Of a DNA stretch of 59,133 nucleotides, positions 19,040-30,118 are shown one piece after another. The notes below the pieces were generated by a model that saw only the letters and a list, made by a program, of their open reading frames with translations, did no database searches and was not told where the DNA came from. The translations under genes and the position numbers were made by a program. The DNA is taken from assembly GCA_038322655.1 (NCBI GenBank), contig JBBQGD010000002.1, positions 1-59,133 of the forward strand, read 5' to 3'. Each line of letters begins with the position of its first letter. Positions within the stretch are counted from its first letter, which is position 1. Source of the stretch: Bacteroidales bacterium. GTDB lineage: Bacteria; Bacteroidota; Bacteroidia; Bacteroidales; UBA4417.

Positions 19040-22006
19040 ATGAAAACGTATTTACTGTTAATCACTTTATTAGTTGCTCTTCCATTTATAACTCTTGCAC
19101 AGAAACAGGTAAAGGATCCCTCCGAAAAAGAGATCATGGCTGCCAAACAAGTTCTTATGCGCACCGTAGGCATGAAGTCTTCCTCATTCGAGTTTGAAAA
19201 AATTCCGACTGAAAACGGACTTGACGTTTACGAGGTTATTGCTCTCGGGGGCAAAGTGCTGGTTAAAGGTTCGGGTACCATAGCCATGACCCGCGGCGCT
19301 TACGAATACATGATGAAAGCCTGCAATGTGCAGTATACATGGAGTAGTCAGCAGGTAACTTTGCCAAAGGTTCTGCCTGATTATTCCATTGCGCGTACAG
19401 TTTCACCTTATAAATTCAGACAATATTATAATGTATGTACTGCCGGGTACAGCACTGCTTTCTGGCATTTTGCCGACTGGGAGAAAGAACTTGACTGGAT
19501 GGCCTTACATGGTATCAATATGCCTTTGGCAATGGGCGGTCAGGAAGCCATATGGCAAAAAGTTTATAAAGATATGGGGTTGACCAATGATGAGATGTCA
19601 GCCTTTTTCACAGGCCCGGCATTTCTTCCCTGGCAGCGCATGGGTAATTTATACAAGTTTGGCGGACCGCTGCCTCAATCCTACATCGATCAATCGATGG
19701 AATTGCAGAAGCAAATCCTGATACGTATGAAACAACTTGGCATGCAACCCATTGTTCCCGGTTTCTCAGGCATAGTTCCCGCTGCATATTCCCGCCTCAA
19801 TCCTGATGCCAAACTTCGTGAAATGAAAGGATGGTGCAATTTCCCTGACGAATACAAATCATATATACTTGCTCCGGGATCTTCCGATTTTACTACTATC
19901 GGTAAAAACTTTATCAACGAATACCATCGTACATATGGTGAAGTGGACTATTACCTGGCAGACCTGTTTAACGAGAATGAAGTTCCTGTTTCGGCCTCGA
20001 ACCGCAACGAGGAATTAGCGTCGTATGGAAAATCTGTGTCGGATGCCATTACCGCCGCTGATCCTAAAGGGGTGTGGGTAATGCAGGACTGGATGTTTTA
20101 TAACAATGAGAGCTTCTGGGACAAAAGTGCTGTTAAAGCTTTCCTGAGCGAGGTTCCAGATGATAAAATGCTCATAATTGATCTGGCTAATGAGAGTTTT
20201 TCCGGTTGGGAAAAATTCGATGGGTTTTATGGGAAACCTTGGATTTACAGTACAATTAATAATTATGGAGGCAACTCACAACTAGGTGGTAACCTGCCTT
20301 TCCTTTCATGCGACGCCACTTCCATGCTTGCCAGCCCGAAAAGAGAAAAAATTGCCGGATTCGGAATTTCACCCGAAGGGATCGAAAACAACGAAGTGGT
20401 TTACGAACTACTCACGCAAATGGCATGGACTTCGGCAGATTTCAATATAAAGTCCTATATCCCGGAATTCGCAAAACAAAGGTACGGCCAGACAGATGAA
20501 TATATCACCGAAGCATGGCTGGAGTTGCTTGGTTCCGTATATGCTAAAAACAACTTTCATCCGCTTAATCTTTACCAGGCCAGACCGCCATACGCTTCTA
20601 ATGTAAATATGAAAGATGATCCTGGCTTGAACCATGCGACTGCCTTGTTTATAAGATCAATAAAAAAATACAGCGCCAGTCCTTTGTTTAAAACTGACCT
20701 GGCTCTTTTAGTAACGCAATATGCCGGAAACAAAGTCGATATTCTGTTGCAGAGAGCGCTTGATTTAAATAATCTTGGAAACATCTCCGAAAGTAAGCGT
20801 GCATTCGACAGAGCATTTGAACTTATGCTTATGATGGATGGACTCACATCAAGCATGCCTGACCAACGGCTTGAAAGGTTAATTGACAATGCCCGGAAGT
20901 ATGGCTATACCAAAGAAGAATCGGATTACTATGAGACCAATGCAAAACGACAGCTTACCCAATGGGGTAATAATGCAACGCCTGTACTTAATGAATATGC
21001 ATCGAGAGTCTGGAGTGGCCTCATCAGGGGTTATTATCTCGGCCGGTGGAGCGCATATGCCAGATCACTTCAAACGGGCGAAGCGCTAGATCTCAATGAA
21101 TGGGAGACCAACTGGATAAATAAATCAGGATCTCTCACCAAATCACCTACTACCGGAGATGTAAATGTATATGCCGTAACCTTGTACAACGCAGCAAGGG
21201 AATATATTAATGAGAATATTCCTCTGGTTAAAATTACAGCCTCATATATCGGGAACAATAAAGCATTGGTAACCCTTGTTCCGCTTCAGTCCGACACCGA
21301 AATGAGCTTTAACGGCGAGGAACCGGCTACAAAAGGTAACAGCAAAACTATAGTGCCGCTAACACCCGTTCAGTCAGGTAATAGTATCAACTATACTACC
21401 GACGGCTCCTCACCTGCATCAGTTACCGTAAAATATGAAATACCTTTTGAAGTGAATTTGCCGGCAACAATCAAAGCTGTTGCATACCTCAACAATGCGC
21501 TGGCCGGTGACGCAGCTACACTAAAAATTCCGGTTTCATTCGGTAAACCGGTATCCATATTCCCTCAACCTGCTGAGAAATACAAAGCTCATTTGGGAGC
21601 AACCCTAACGGATGGAATTAAAACAGGTGAAAATTACCAGGACGGAACCTGGCTTGGTTATGAAGGGGATAACCTGAGTGCAATGATCTCGCTTGAAGGC
21701 AAATATAAAGTCTCGAAAGTTACATTGAGCTATCTCCAAAACTCCGATGCATGGATTTTTGCACCTCATTCGGTTATTTTCGAAACATCTGCCGATGGAG
21801 TTAATTACAAATCAGCCGGCGTTCATGATTTTGACGATAGCAGGTGGAACATTTCAGGTAGGAGAAGTGAAATTACCGTCAGTTTCCCTGAAACCGAGGC
21901 TGCGTATATCCGCATGCTCATTTTCAACAGGGGAATATGCCCGGCAAACCATCCGGGAGCAGGCAAAAAAGCATTTATGTTTATTGATGAGATCACTGTT
22001 GAATAA
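19040..22006 (+). CDS. Alpha-N-acetylglucosaminidase (GH89, NAGLU-like) with C-terminal accessory beta-sandwich domains
   Basis: 988 aa with a Sec signal (PFITLAQ). NAGLU-like N-terminal, TIM-barrel and C-terminal regions (e.g. WMALHGINMPLA, FTGPAFLPWQRMGN). The last ~250 aa look like a chitobiase-C-type domain plus a discoidin-type domain. Confidence 0.85.
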   Translation: MKTYLLLITLLVALPFITLAQKQVKDPSEKEIMAAKQVLMRTVGMKSSSFEFEKIPTENGLDVYEVIALGGKVLVKGSGTIAMTRGAYEYMMKACNVQYTWSSQQVTLPKVLPDYSIARTVSPYKFRQYYNVCTAGYSTAFWHFADWEKELDWMALHGINMPLAMGGQEAIWQKVYKDMGLTNDEMSAFFTGPAFLPWQRMGNLYKFGGPLPQSYIDQSMELQKQILIRMKQLGMQPIVPGFSGIVPAAYSRLNPDAKLREMKGWCNFPDEYKSYILAPGSSDFTTIGKNFINEYHRTYGEVDYYLADLFNENEVPVSASNRNEELASYGKSVSDAITAADPKGVWVMQDWMFYNNESFWDKSAVKAFLSEVPDDKMLIIDLANESFSGWEKFDGFYGKPWIYSTINNYGGNSQLGGNLPFLSCDATSMLASPKREKIAGFGISPEGIENNEVVYELLTQMAWTSADFNIKSYIPEFAKQRYGQTDEYITEAWLELLGSVYAKNNFHPLNLYQARPPYASNVNMKDDPGLNHATALFIRSIKKYSASPLFKTDLALLVTQYAGNKVDILLQRALDLNNLGNISESKRAFDRAFELMLMMDGLTSSMPDQRLERLIDNARKYGYTKEESDYYETNAKRQLTQWGNNATPVLNEYASRVWSGLIRGYYLGRWSAYARSLQTGEALDLNEWETNWINKSGSLTKSPTTGDVNVYAVTLYNAAREYINENIPLVKITASYIGNNKALVTLVPLQSDTEMSFNGEEPATKGNSKTIVPLTPVQSGNSINYTTDGSSPASVTVKYEIPFEVNLPATIKAVAYLNNALAGDAATLKIPVSFGKPVSIFPQPAEKYKAHLGATLTDGIKTGENYQDGTWLGYEGDNLSAMISLEGKYKVSKVTLSYLQNSDAWIFAPHSVIFETSADGVNYKSAGVHDFDDSRWNISGRRSEITVSFPETEAAYIRMLIFNRGICPANHPGAGKKAFMFIDEITVE

Positions 22007-22030
22007 ATTATTGTGAGTCAAATATTTAAA

Positions 22031-22063
22031 GCCACATCTGTCTAAGGTGTGGCCTTTTTTTTT
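22031..22063 (+). terminator. Rho-independent terminator after the GH89 gene
   Basis: GCCACATC / GGTGTGGC stem (8 bp, one G-U pair), 7-nt loop, then a T9 run. Starts 25 nt after the stop codon. Confidence 0.7.
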
Positions 22064-22182
22064 GAATAAACCGATACTAAACACAATGGAATGCTCATTT
22101 TTATGATAAATATTTTTATCAAAAGGAAATATACTAATTTTATCCACTAACTTTTTAAAATACAGCCCTACTTTCCACCGGA

Positions 22183-25032
22183 ATGAAAAACAGCATAATC
22201 CTTTTATTTTTTTTTCTGTTAACACTTGCATTAAATAATGTCTGCAGGGCTCAGACATCCTGCCTGGTTACTCATTACAACCGAAGCCAGTACAATGCCG
22301 GAAGCCAGAACTGGTCGATAGACATCGACAAACAGGGATTTGTTTATGCGGCCAATAATGATGGCCTAATGAAATATGATGGGGTGCGATGGAAAGTATA
22401 CCCCATGCCTTCACATGTGATAGCGCGATCGGTTTCGGTGAGTCCCGATGGCAGAATTTACACCGGATCGAACGAAGAATTCGGTTTCTGGACAAAAAGC
22501 CAGGCAACAGTATTAAAATACACTTCACTGGTTCCCCTGCTAAAGGGTTTTGACCTGCATAACAAGGAAATCTGGAAAATTGTACAATTCGGGAATAAAG
22601 TTTATTTCCAGGGATTCTCATGCTTGTTTGTTTATGATCAGCATACCGTTAAATCCATAGAACTTCCGGGCTCTGTCGTTTTTCTGCTGAAAGCAGGAGA
22701 TCGTCTTTTTGCCCATGCGGTAAAAGGTGATTTGTACGAGCTTATAAATGATAAGCTGGTCAATCTTAAACTGGGCAGCGCTCTTTATGAAACCGAGGTT
22801 AAAACAATACTTCCCTATAAAGATGGTTCATTTCTGATCGGTACCTCCTCAAAAGGAGTTTATATTCTTGATAAAAACGGGATTTCGTCCTGGAATGTAC
22901 CTGCAAATGAACAGTTAAAAGAATTCCAGATTAATAACGGTATCATTTTCGGCGATAAAATAGTTTTTGGCACCATCGTAAAAGGCTTGTTTATTCTTGA
23001 CTTCAAAGGCAATGTTTTAAATCACTTATACAGCGAGAAGGACCTTCAGAACAATACCGTTCTTTCACTTTGTAATGATAACAACGAGAATATATGGGTA
23101 GGCCTTGATAACGGGATAGATAATATATCCTTTGAAAATCCGGTGGATGTATATCCTGGCAAAAGCGAAGCATTGGGAGCAGTATATACGGCAGCGCTGA
23201 AGGACAGTATCCTGTATGTAGGCACAAACCGTGGTATTTTTACCTATTCACAGGAAGGCGAGAATTTTCACTTTCGGGGATTCCTTCCCAATTCGCACGG
23301 ACAGGTATGGCAGATCAAGCTTATCGATAATATGTTATTTTGTGGCCATACCAATGGCACCTATAGTATTGAAAACAATTCCCTGAAACAAATCTCTACT
23401 GTACGCGGCGGATATATGATTCAGAAAATTGTGTACAACGGCGGGGAATATCTCATCCAAAGCACGTATACCAACCTGGTGATTTACAAAAAGTCGGGAA
23501 ATTCCTGGACTTACAGCCACCAGGTAAAGGGTTTTCTTGAACCGGCCCGTTATATTGAAACTGATCACCTTGGTAATATCTGGGTAGGGCATTCTGTAAA
23601 AGGCCTCTACAGGCTTCGCTTATCCCAATCACTTGACACGGTAGTTGAAAAACAATATTTTGAACAAAAAGACGGACTCTTTGTCCATTCCAATATTAAA
23701 GTATTTAAAATAGCCAACCGTGTTGTTTTTTCCGACGGGGAGAAACTTTTTACCTGGGATGATCTGAAACTTAAAATAATTCCGTTTACGGAACTGAACA
23801 GCAAACTCCATGGGTTTGAATCGGCAGTCTCAATCAGCCCAGTAAATGAAAACAAGTATTGGTTTACTACCAAAACACAGACAGCGCTTTTAAGTTTTAT
23901 TGAAGATAAACCAGCGATGGTGTTCCGGCTGATTTTTAACCAGTATTCTATTTCGTTGGTTAATGACTATGAAAACATTGTTCCTTTAACTGAAAACCTG
24001 CACCTGATTTGTCTTGACAATGGATTTGCAATATTTAAAAAAGATGTTGCTTTACGAGGCGAAACCAAGTCTACAAAACTGGTAATCAGGGATTTTCTCT
24101 GTGCAAATGCAGAAGGCGATGAGCTTTCTGTTGATCTCACAAGCAAGGTGCTTGCCCTGAAAAATGCCTATAACAATATTGCCATCTCATTTTCAACTCT
24201 TCAAAACCCTTGCTCCCGTAAACTTTATCAATTCAAGCTTGAAGGCATTGACAGTGAATGGAGCAAATGGTCGGAAACAGCCGAGGCAAAATACACCCGT
24301 TTGCCTGTCGGAAAATACAATTTTAAAGTCCGCACCTTAACATCGAACGGAGCGACAACTGACTCTATAAGCCTCACTTTTAGAGTAAAGCCTGCATGGT
24401 ATGCTTCTGTGCTGGCCACAATTATATACCTTCTTATAGGCCTGGGCGGATTTATAACAAGCCAGTATTTTTACAGCAAACGCCTGTTAAAGTATCACAA
24501 CCGCCGGCTTATGATTGCAAACGAAAAGCGGAAAGCAGAAAAGCAGAGATCGGAACAGGAGATTATGAAACTTCAGAATGAGAAACTTCAGGGTGAAATA
24601 TCGCACAAAAACATGCAACTCGCCGATTCCACTTTATCCATTATCCGTAAAAACGAAGTTCTTATTGAAGTAAAAGGTGAACTGGAGAAACAGAAAGCAG
24701 AGCTCGGCCCACGCTACCCGGCCCGTTACCTGCAGCGATTAACGACAATGATTGATAAAAATATTTCTAACGATAACGACTGGGATATATTCGAAGCGCT
24801 TTTTGACCAGGCTCACGAAAATTTCTTTAAGCGTCTGAAGCTTTCCTTTCCTGATCTTACCCAAAGTGATCTGAAACTTTGTGCCTACCTGAAACTGAAT
24901 CTTTCATCAAAAGAAATTGCGCCCTTGCTTAATATAAGTATCCGGGGAGTTGAAATCCGCAGATACAGGCTTCGTAAACGTCTCGCACTTTCCTCTGACA
25001 AAAACCTGGTGGAATATATCATGCAGTTTTAA
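22183..25032 (+). CDS. Membrane-anchored sensor-regulator: periplasmic two-component-regulator propeller repeats plus Y_Y_Y domain, one TM helix, coiled coil, LuxR-type HTH
   Basis: 949 aa. N-terminal signal. Y_Y_Y motif region (LYQFKLEGIDSEWSKWSE...YTRLPVGKYNFKVR). TM helix (VLATIIYLLIGLGGFITSQYF). C-terminal LSSKEIAPLLNISIRGVEIRRYRLRKRL. No histidine kinase or receiver motifs were seen. Confidence 0.8.
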   Translation: MKNSIILLFFFLLTLALNNVCRAQTSCLVTHYNRSQYNAGSQNWSIDIDKQGFVYAANNDGLMKYDGVRWKVYPMPSHVIARSVSVSPDGRIYTGSNEEFGFWTKSQATVLKYTSLVPLLKGFDLHNKEIWKIVQFGNKVYFQGFSCLFVYDQHTVKSIELPGSVVFLLKAGDRLFAHAVKGDLYELINDKLVNLKLGSALYETEVKTILPYKDGSFLIGTSSKGVYILDKNGISSWNVPANEQLKEFQINNGIIFGDKIVFGTIVKGLFILDFKGNVLNHLYSEKDLQNNTVLSLCNDNNENIWVGLDNGIDNISFENPVDVYPGKSEALGAVYTAALKDSILYVGTNRGIFTYSQEGENFHFRGFLPNSHGQVWQIKLIDNMLFCGHTNGTYSIENNSLKQISTVRGGYMIQKIVYNGGEYLIQSTYTNLVIYKKSGNSWTYSHQVKGFLEPARYIETDHLGNIWVGHSVKGLYRLRLSQSLDTVVEKQYFEQKDGLFVHSNIKVFKIANRVVFSDGEKLFTWDDLKLKIIPFTELNSKLHGFESAVSISPVNENKYWFTTKTQTALLSFIEDKPAMVFRLIFNQYSISLVNDYENIVPLTENLHLICLDNGFAIFKKDVALRGETKSTKLVIRDFLCANAEGDELSVDLTSKVLALKNAYNNIAISFSTLQNPCSRKLYQFKLEGIDSEWSKWSETAEAKYTRLPVGKYNFKVRTLTSNGATTDSISLTFRVKPAWYASVLATIIYLLIGLGGFITSQYFYSKRLLKYHNRRLMIANEKRKAEKQRSEQEIMKLQNEKLQGEISHKNMQLADSTLSIIRKNEVLIEVKGELEKQKAELGPRYPARYLQRLTTMIDKNISNDNDWDIFEALFDQAHENFFKRLKLSFPDLTQSDLKLCAYLKLNLSSKEIAPLLNISIRGVEIRRYRLRKRLALSSDKNLVEYIMQF

Positions 25033-25488
25033 TCCATTAAACATTAAATATAGCTCTGACTCTCCGGGCCGAATTCTATCGTTTTTTAAATGAAATAGTT
25101 AAAACAATTTAAACAACCCCATAATTAACTATATTTTCGGAGGACTTAATACTATTTATTCCGGATTTATTTATTCAGCACTTCATCAGCATACATTTAC
25201 CAAAAATTATTAAGTTACATTTTATATTTTTTAATTACCTGTATATCTGCAATATAAAAGTCAAAATATACTCTGTGATGAATCATTGTATAGGTACTTT
25301 AAAAATGCTTCAGACCCATGTAGTAATCATGATGAACCATTTTTATACCTGAAGTAGAAAATTAACATTTTTATTTGTACTTTTAAGCTCCCAACAATCG
25401 ATTGCGGAAATTTGATAATTCTGCTTATCATGCAACCAACCATATATCGAATCATCAACCAAACCTAATTCTAATTAATCTTAATGTT

Positions 25489-28400
25489 ATGAAAAAATCA
25501 CTACCTCTAAAGCTGGTTATTCGCTGGGCAAAAGGCTTACTTCTGCTTTTGATGTTCACTTTATTGGAACCATCAGCATTTGGACAGGGACGAACCATCA
25601 CCGGAACTGTTACGGATCAGCTAACAAAAGAAACGTTGCCTGGAGCTTCGGTACTTATTAAAGGAACGAACAGAGGTGCCTCAACCGACATAAATGGAAA
25701 GTTTAGCATACCCTTATCACCAACAGATAACGCGCTCGAAATATCGTTTATAGGATACAATAAGGTTGAAGTAGCCATTGGGACGCAAAATGTAATTGAT
25801 GTGCAATTAACATTAATGCAAACAACTCTTGATGCCGTTGTTGTTGTAGGTTATGGTACTACTAAAGTTAAGGACCTTACCTCTTCTATTACGACAGTAA
25901 AATCAGGAGATCTGGTTAAAACGCCTTCATCGCAACCCATGCAAGCCCTGCAGGGCAAAGTTGCCGGTATGCAGGTTGTTGCCAACGGAGGTCCCGGCAA
26001 TTCATCAACCATACGAATCCGTGGTATCGGTTATTTCCCGGGAGTCAGCAATGAATCACCATTGTATGTAGTTGATGGAATGTTCTTCGATAATATTGAT
26101 TTCCTTAATCCTTCGGATATTACATCCATTTCGGTATTGAAAGATGCTTCGGCACTTGCAATTTTCGGAGTTAAGGCTGCAAGTGGTGTCGTTTTAATCG
26201 AAACCAAATCGGGTAATTATGATCAGAAAACCGAAGTTAGCTACGAAGGCTATTCAGGCTATCAAATTGCTCAGAATGTAGTAAAAATGGCCAATTCAGA
26301 ACAATTCACAACCATGGCTATGGAATCAGGTTCAGCGCCTGACATGCAGTTTATTAATAATGCCATGCAACGCTTTGGCAGAAGCCGTGTAAATCCAGAT
26401 GTACCTGATGTAAATACAGACTGGTATCAGGAAATACTTCGTCCCGCCAAAATTCAGAATCACAGTTTCAATGTTGGCGGAGGTGGGTCCAAAGCTAAAT
26501 ATTCACTTGGAGCGAACTACTTCTCCCAGCAAGGTGTCCTTAATATGAAAAATGAATACTCGCGATTTAACCTGAGAGCTAAAGTGGATATTAAGGCTAA
26601 TAACTGGCTGACTGTTGGAGGAAATATAGTGCTTAGTAATGCAGTAAAATATTCGGAGCAAGGCGGCGCATGGAACCAGGCTTATTTTGCTGTTCCTATT
26701 TTACCTGTTTATGATCCATCCAATACGGAGGCCTGGCCAACTGCTTATGCCAATGCACAGGATCTCGGATACAGGAGCGGGCAAAATCCTTTTCCAACAT
26801 TAAAATACAATGAAGACAGGAATAAAATAAATAAAATGTTGGCCAATTTCTATATGGAATTTACCCTTATCCCAAAAATGCTGACCTTCAAAACAACCTA
26901 CAACCACAGTTATACTTCTCTTGACCAAAGGATTGTTAACCTGCCGTATTTTATTGGTAACAGTTTCCAGAATCCCAATTCTAAACTTACAAAAAGATTT
27001 GAAACGTATTCCGACCATATCTGGGATAATGTACTCACATTTACCAAAGAAATTGATAAACATAACTTCACTTTAATGGGAGGTACATCCTACCGTGATG
27101 ATGGCTGGCAAAAACTGGAAGCTCAGGGTGTAGATTTCCCCCTGTATCCTAGCCAGTCATGGTATATCAACCAATCGGCTACAGTGCCGTCCGAAGGCGT
27201 CAACGATGACGGGCGAAGGGAATATGGATTTTCATATTTTGGCAGGCTGGCATACAATTACAACAGCAAGTATCTGTTATATGCAACCTACCGTGCTGAC
27301 GGCAGTTCGAAATACCAGGAAAAATGGGGCTATTATCCTACCGTGGGTGCCGGCTGGGTATTAAGTGAAGAAAAGTTCCTGAAAAATAACAGCGTTATAT
27401 CTTTCCTTAAATTACGCGGAAGTTGGGGAAGACTGGGTAACAACTATGTTAATGCCACTACCGGAGCATTTACATCAGATGTTGTTAAATGGCCATTCGG
27501 TGGAGTTTTATATTCTGGTACCATATCTAATTCAACCTTTGCTTCACTCAAATGGGAACTTACTGAAGAAACTAATATTGGTGTTACAGCCAGGTTTTTA
27601 AAAGATAAATTAACTGCTGACATTGATTATTATATCCGAAACACTAAAAATGCCGTTATTCCGGTTTCCGTTCCCGGAACCAGGGATGTGATTGTTAAAA
27701 ATGCAGGAGAGATACAGAATTCCGGAATTGAATTCTCACTCAATTGGAGCGATGAAATTACAAAAGATTTAAGTTATTCGGTAGGAGGTAATATTTCGAC
27801 GCTGAAAAATAAGGTTGTCGATTTGTATGGACAACCCTATATCGATGGTGGTAGTGCCGAATTCAGACAACGCTCAATTGTTGGCGAACCATTAATGGCT
27901 TTCTTTGGTCGTGAAATAGCCGGAGTATACCAAACCCAGGCTGAAATTGATGCCAATCCTGATGCTGTTGCCAATGGATTGGTTCCCGGCGATTTCAAAT
28001 ATAAAGATCAGAATGGGGATGGAATAATTAATGATGACGACAGGGTTAACCTGGGATCCTATTTCCCGAATTTAATGTATGGTATCAATCTGAGCCTGAC
28101 TTATAGAGATTTTGATCTAACAGCTAATATGTACGGCCAATCAGGGAATAAAGTTCTGAATCGTAAACGAGGAGAAGTAATCTGGACACCTGATCAAAAT
28201 ATGGATGCTGACCTGGCGATAAACCGCTGGCATGGTGAGGGTACATCAAACTCATATCCTTCATCAGCAGGACTTCGTAAAGGATGGAACCAGAAAATGA
28301 GCGACTTTTTTGTTGAAGATGGTTCATTCTTCCGAATCCAGAACGTTCAGCTCGGGTATAAAATAAAAGGCAAAAAACTTTTTGGTGCAAACATCCCTGA

Positions 28401-28542
28401 AACGAAGGTATCACTGACTGCCGACAGGCCATTAACCCTTTTCAAATACCACGGCTTCACACCCGAAGTTGCTAATGGAGTTGATTCCCAAACCTATCCT
28501 GTACCGGCAACTTACACCGTTGGTCTGAATGTTAAATTTTAA
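25489..28542 (+). CDS. susC: SusC/RagA-family TonB-dependent outer-membrane transporter
   Basis: I prefer the ATG at 25489 (MKKSLPLKL...). Carboxypeptidase-regulatory-like domain (TITGTVTD...LPGASVLIKGT..G..TDINGKFSI), then plug and beta-barrel, ending in the typical ...TYTVGLNVKF. susC here means homologue class only. Confidence 0.9.
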   Translation: MKKSLPLKLVIRWAKGLLLLLMFTLLEPSAFGQGRTITGTVTDQLTKETLPGASVLIKGTNRGASTDINGKFSIPLSPTDNALEISFIGYNKVEVAIGTQNVIDVQLTLMQTTLDAVVVVGYGTTKVKDLTSSITTVKSGDLVKTPSSQPMQALQGKVAGMQVVANGGPGNSSTIRIRGIGYFPGVSNESPLYVVDGMFFDNIDFLNPSDITSISVLKDASALAIFGVKAASGVVLIETKSGNYDQKTEVSYEGYSGYQIAQNVVKMANSEQFTTMAMESGSAPDMQFINNAMQRFGRSRVNPDVPDVNTDWYQEILRPAKIQNHSFNVGGGGSKAKYSLGANYFSQQGVLNMKNEYSRFNLRAKVDIKANNWLTVGGNIVLSNAVKYSEQGGAWNQAYFAVPILPVYDPSNTEAWPTAYANAQDLGYRSGQNPFPTLKYNEDRNKINKMLANFYMEFTLIPKMLTFKTTYNHSYTSLDQRIVNLPYFIGNSFQNPNSKLTKRFETYSDHIWDNVLTFTKEIDKHNFTLMGGTSYRDDGWQKLEAQGVDFPLYPSQSWYINQSATVPSEGVNDDGRREYGFSYFGRLAYNYNSKYLLYATYRADGSSKYQEKWGYYPTVGAGWVLSEEKFLKNNSVISFLKLRGSWGRLGNNYVNATTGAFTSDVVKWPFGGVLYSGTISNSTFASLKWELTEETNIGVTARFLKDKLTADIDYYIRNTKNAVIPVSVPGTRDVIVKNAGEIQNSGIEFSLNWSDEITKDLSYSVGGNISTLKNKVVDLYGQPYIDGGSAEFRQRSIVGEPLMAFFGREIAGVYQTQAEIDANPDAVANGLVPGDFKYKDQNGDGIINDDDRVNLGSYFPNLMYGINLSLTYRDFDLTANMYGQSGNKVLNRKRGEVIWTPDQNMDADLAINRWHGEGTSNSYPSSAGLRKGWNQKMSDFFVEDGSFFRIQNVQLGYKIKGKKLFGANIPETKVSLTADRPLTLFKYHGFTPEVANGVDSQTYPVPATYTVGLNVKF

Positions 28543-28560
28543 CTTCTAACACTTAAAAAA

Positions 28561-30087
28561 ATGAAACTAAAATCTATATATATCCCATTAGCATTCCTGG
28601 CTGCAACTTTTATTTTTGCTACAGGTTGCAAAAAACAATTAGACGAACTCGCCGAAAACAAAACCTATACCGGGGGCACAGATTATACCAAATCAAGCGA
28701 TATGATAAAACCGCTTCTCGGTATATATGTTAAATTAAGTGCTACCGAATGGGAAAACTATCCTCTTATTGCAGTAAGGGGCGACGATGTAAATGCAGGC
28801 GGACTGGGCGACCAGCAGGATTTTTCAGAAACCGATAATTACAGGTACAATAAAGACTATTGGATGTATAATTCGGTATGGCAGAACCATTATATTAAAA
28901 TTACCAATGCTAATTCAGCCATTCAGCAAATACTTTTATACAAGGAAAATGCAGGCAACAAAGCGCTGGCTGACCAATACATCGCCGAAGTGAAAGTGCT
29001 TCGTGCCTATTGGCTGCTCACTTTATCACGAATTTGGGGTCCTATACTTATTCCTATTGATCCCGATCCGACGTCACTCTATGTTGCTCCTTTGTCAACA
29101 AAAGACCAGGTAATGCAGCATATTTCGGACCAGATAGACGAAGCGCTTCCTTATCTGGTAGATATGAGGCCTAATGAGCGAATTGATATCCCGGGCGGTG
29201 TTACCAAATACACAGCCCTGGCAGTTAAAGCATTGGCAAATCTTGAACTAAAGAATTACCAGAAAGTGGCTGATGCTACTGGTGACATCATTAAATCCTC
29301 AAAATTCAGTTTATATCCTGATTTCTATAACCTTTTTAAAATACCCGGCAAACTCAGTAACGAGAATCTTCTCGAAATGCAGTATTCCGATCTTGGTCAA
29401 GGTTCAGGAGACAACTTTGGTTATCTGTATGCATTTTTCGGACCGCAAGGATGGACACCCAAAATTACAGGTGCCGGCGATGGCTGGGGATTTTTTGAAC
29501 CAAGCCTCAAATACATTAAATTTATGATCGGAAGAGGCGAGAAAACACGCCTGGAAACAAGCGTTCTCTTTACTCCACGCGGGATAGCTGAAATAGCAAA
29601 AACAACAACTGTACCTTCCTGGGTATCAAATACTACTCCTTCGGGTGATGTTATCAACGATTTTGCCCGTGAAATGTTTGCCAGCGGGAAACATTACCTG
29701 CCTTCGGATCAGCTCACTACCGGGCGTACGGATTATGGCACCAATCAGAACATGATCGTCATCAGGTATGCCGAAGTACTGCTTATGTATGCCGAAGCGC
29801 TAACACAAGGTGCTTCCGGATCAGCCGGATCAGCCGACGATGCTGTGAATACAGTGAGAACAAGAGCAGGCCTTGATCCGATTGCAGGGGTTACCAATGC
29901 ACAGGTTATGGATGAAAAATTTGCAGAACTCGCCATGGAATGGGGAACCCGCTTTTATGATATGGTAAGGCTAGGACAAGTCGAAGACCTCAATTACGAT
30001 GGCAGAACCGGATTTGCCATGGATAAAGCATACCTTCCTTATCCACAGGCACAGGTAGATTTACTGCCAATATTGAAACAGAAATAA
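28561..30087 (+). CDS. susD: SusD/RagB-family outer-membrane glycan-binding lipoprotein
   Basis: Starts 18 nt after susC. Lipobox (FATGCKKQ). SusD-like C-terminal motifs (IRYAEVLLMYAEA, EWGTRFYDMVRLG). Confidence 0.9.
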   Translation: MKLKSIYIPLAFLAATFIFATGCKKQLDELAENKTYTGGTDYTKSSDMIKPLLGIYVKLSATEWENYPLIAVRGDDVNAGGLGDQQDFSETDNYRYNKDYWMYNSVWQNHYIKITNANSAIQQILLYKENAGNKALADQYIAEVKVLRAYWLLTLSRIWGPILIPIDPDPTSLYVAPLSTKDQVMQHISDQIDEALPYLVDMRPNERIDIPGGVTKYTALAVKALANLELKNYQKVADATGDIIKSSKFSLYPDFYNLFKIPGKLSNENLLEMQYSDLGQGSGDNFGYLYAFFGPQGWTPKITGAGDGWGFFEPSLKYIKFMIGRGEKTRLETSVLFTPRGIAEIAKTTTVPSWVSNTTPSGDVINDFAREMFASGKHYLPSDQLTTGRTDYGTNQNMIVIRYAEVLLMYAEALTQGASGSAGSADDAVNTVRTRAGLDPIAGVTNAQVMDEKFAELAMEWGTRFYDMVRLGQVEDLNYDGRTGFAMDKAYLPYPQAQVDLLPILKQK

Positions 30088-30118
30088 GCTATTTAGTCAA
30101 ACTTAAAGCAGATACAAT

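Noticed and set aside
21854-22258. 134-aa minus-strand ORF bridging the GH89 3' end, its terminator and the regulator 5' end
   Set aside because: It is antisense to two well-supported genes and crosses a strong terminator hairpin. Its sequence has no recognisable features.
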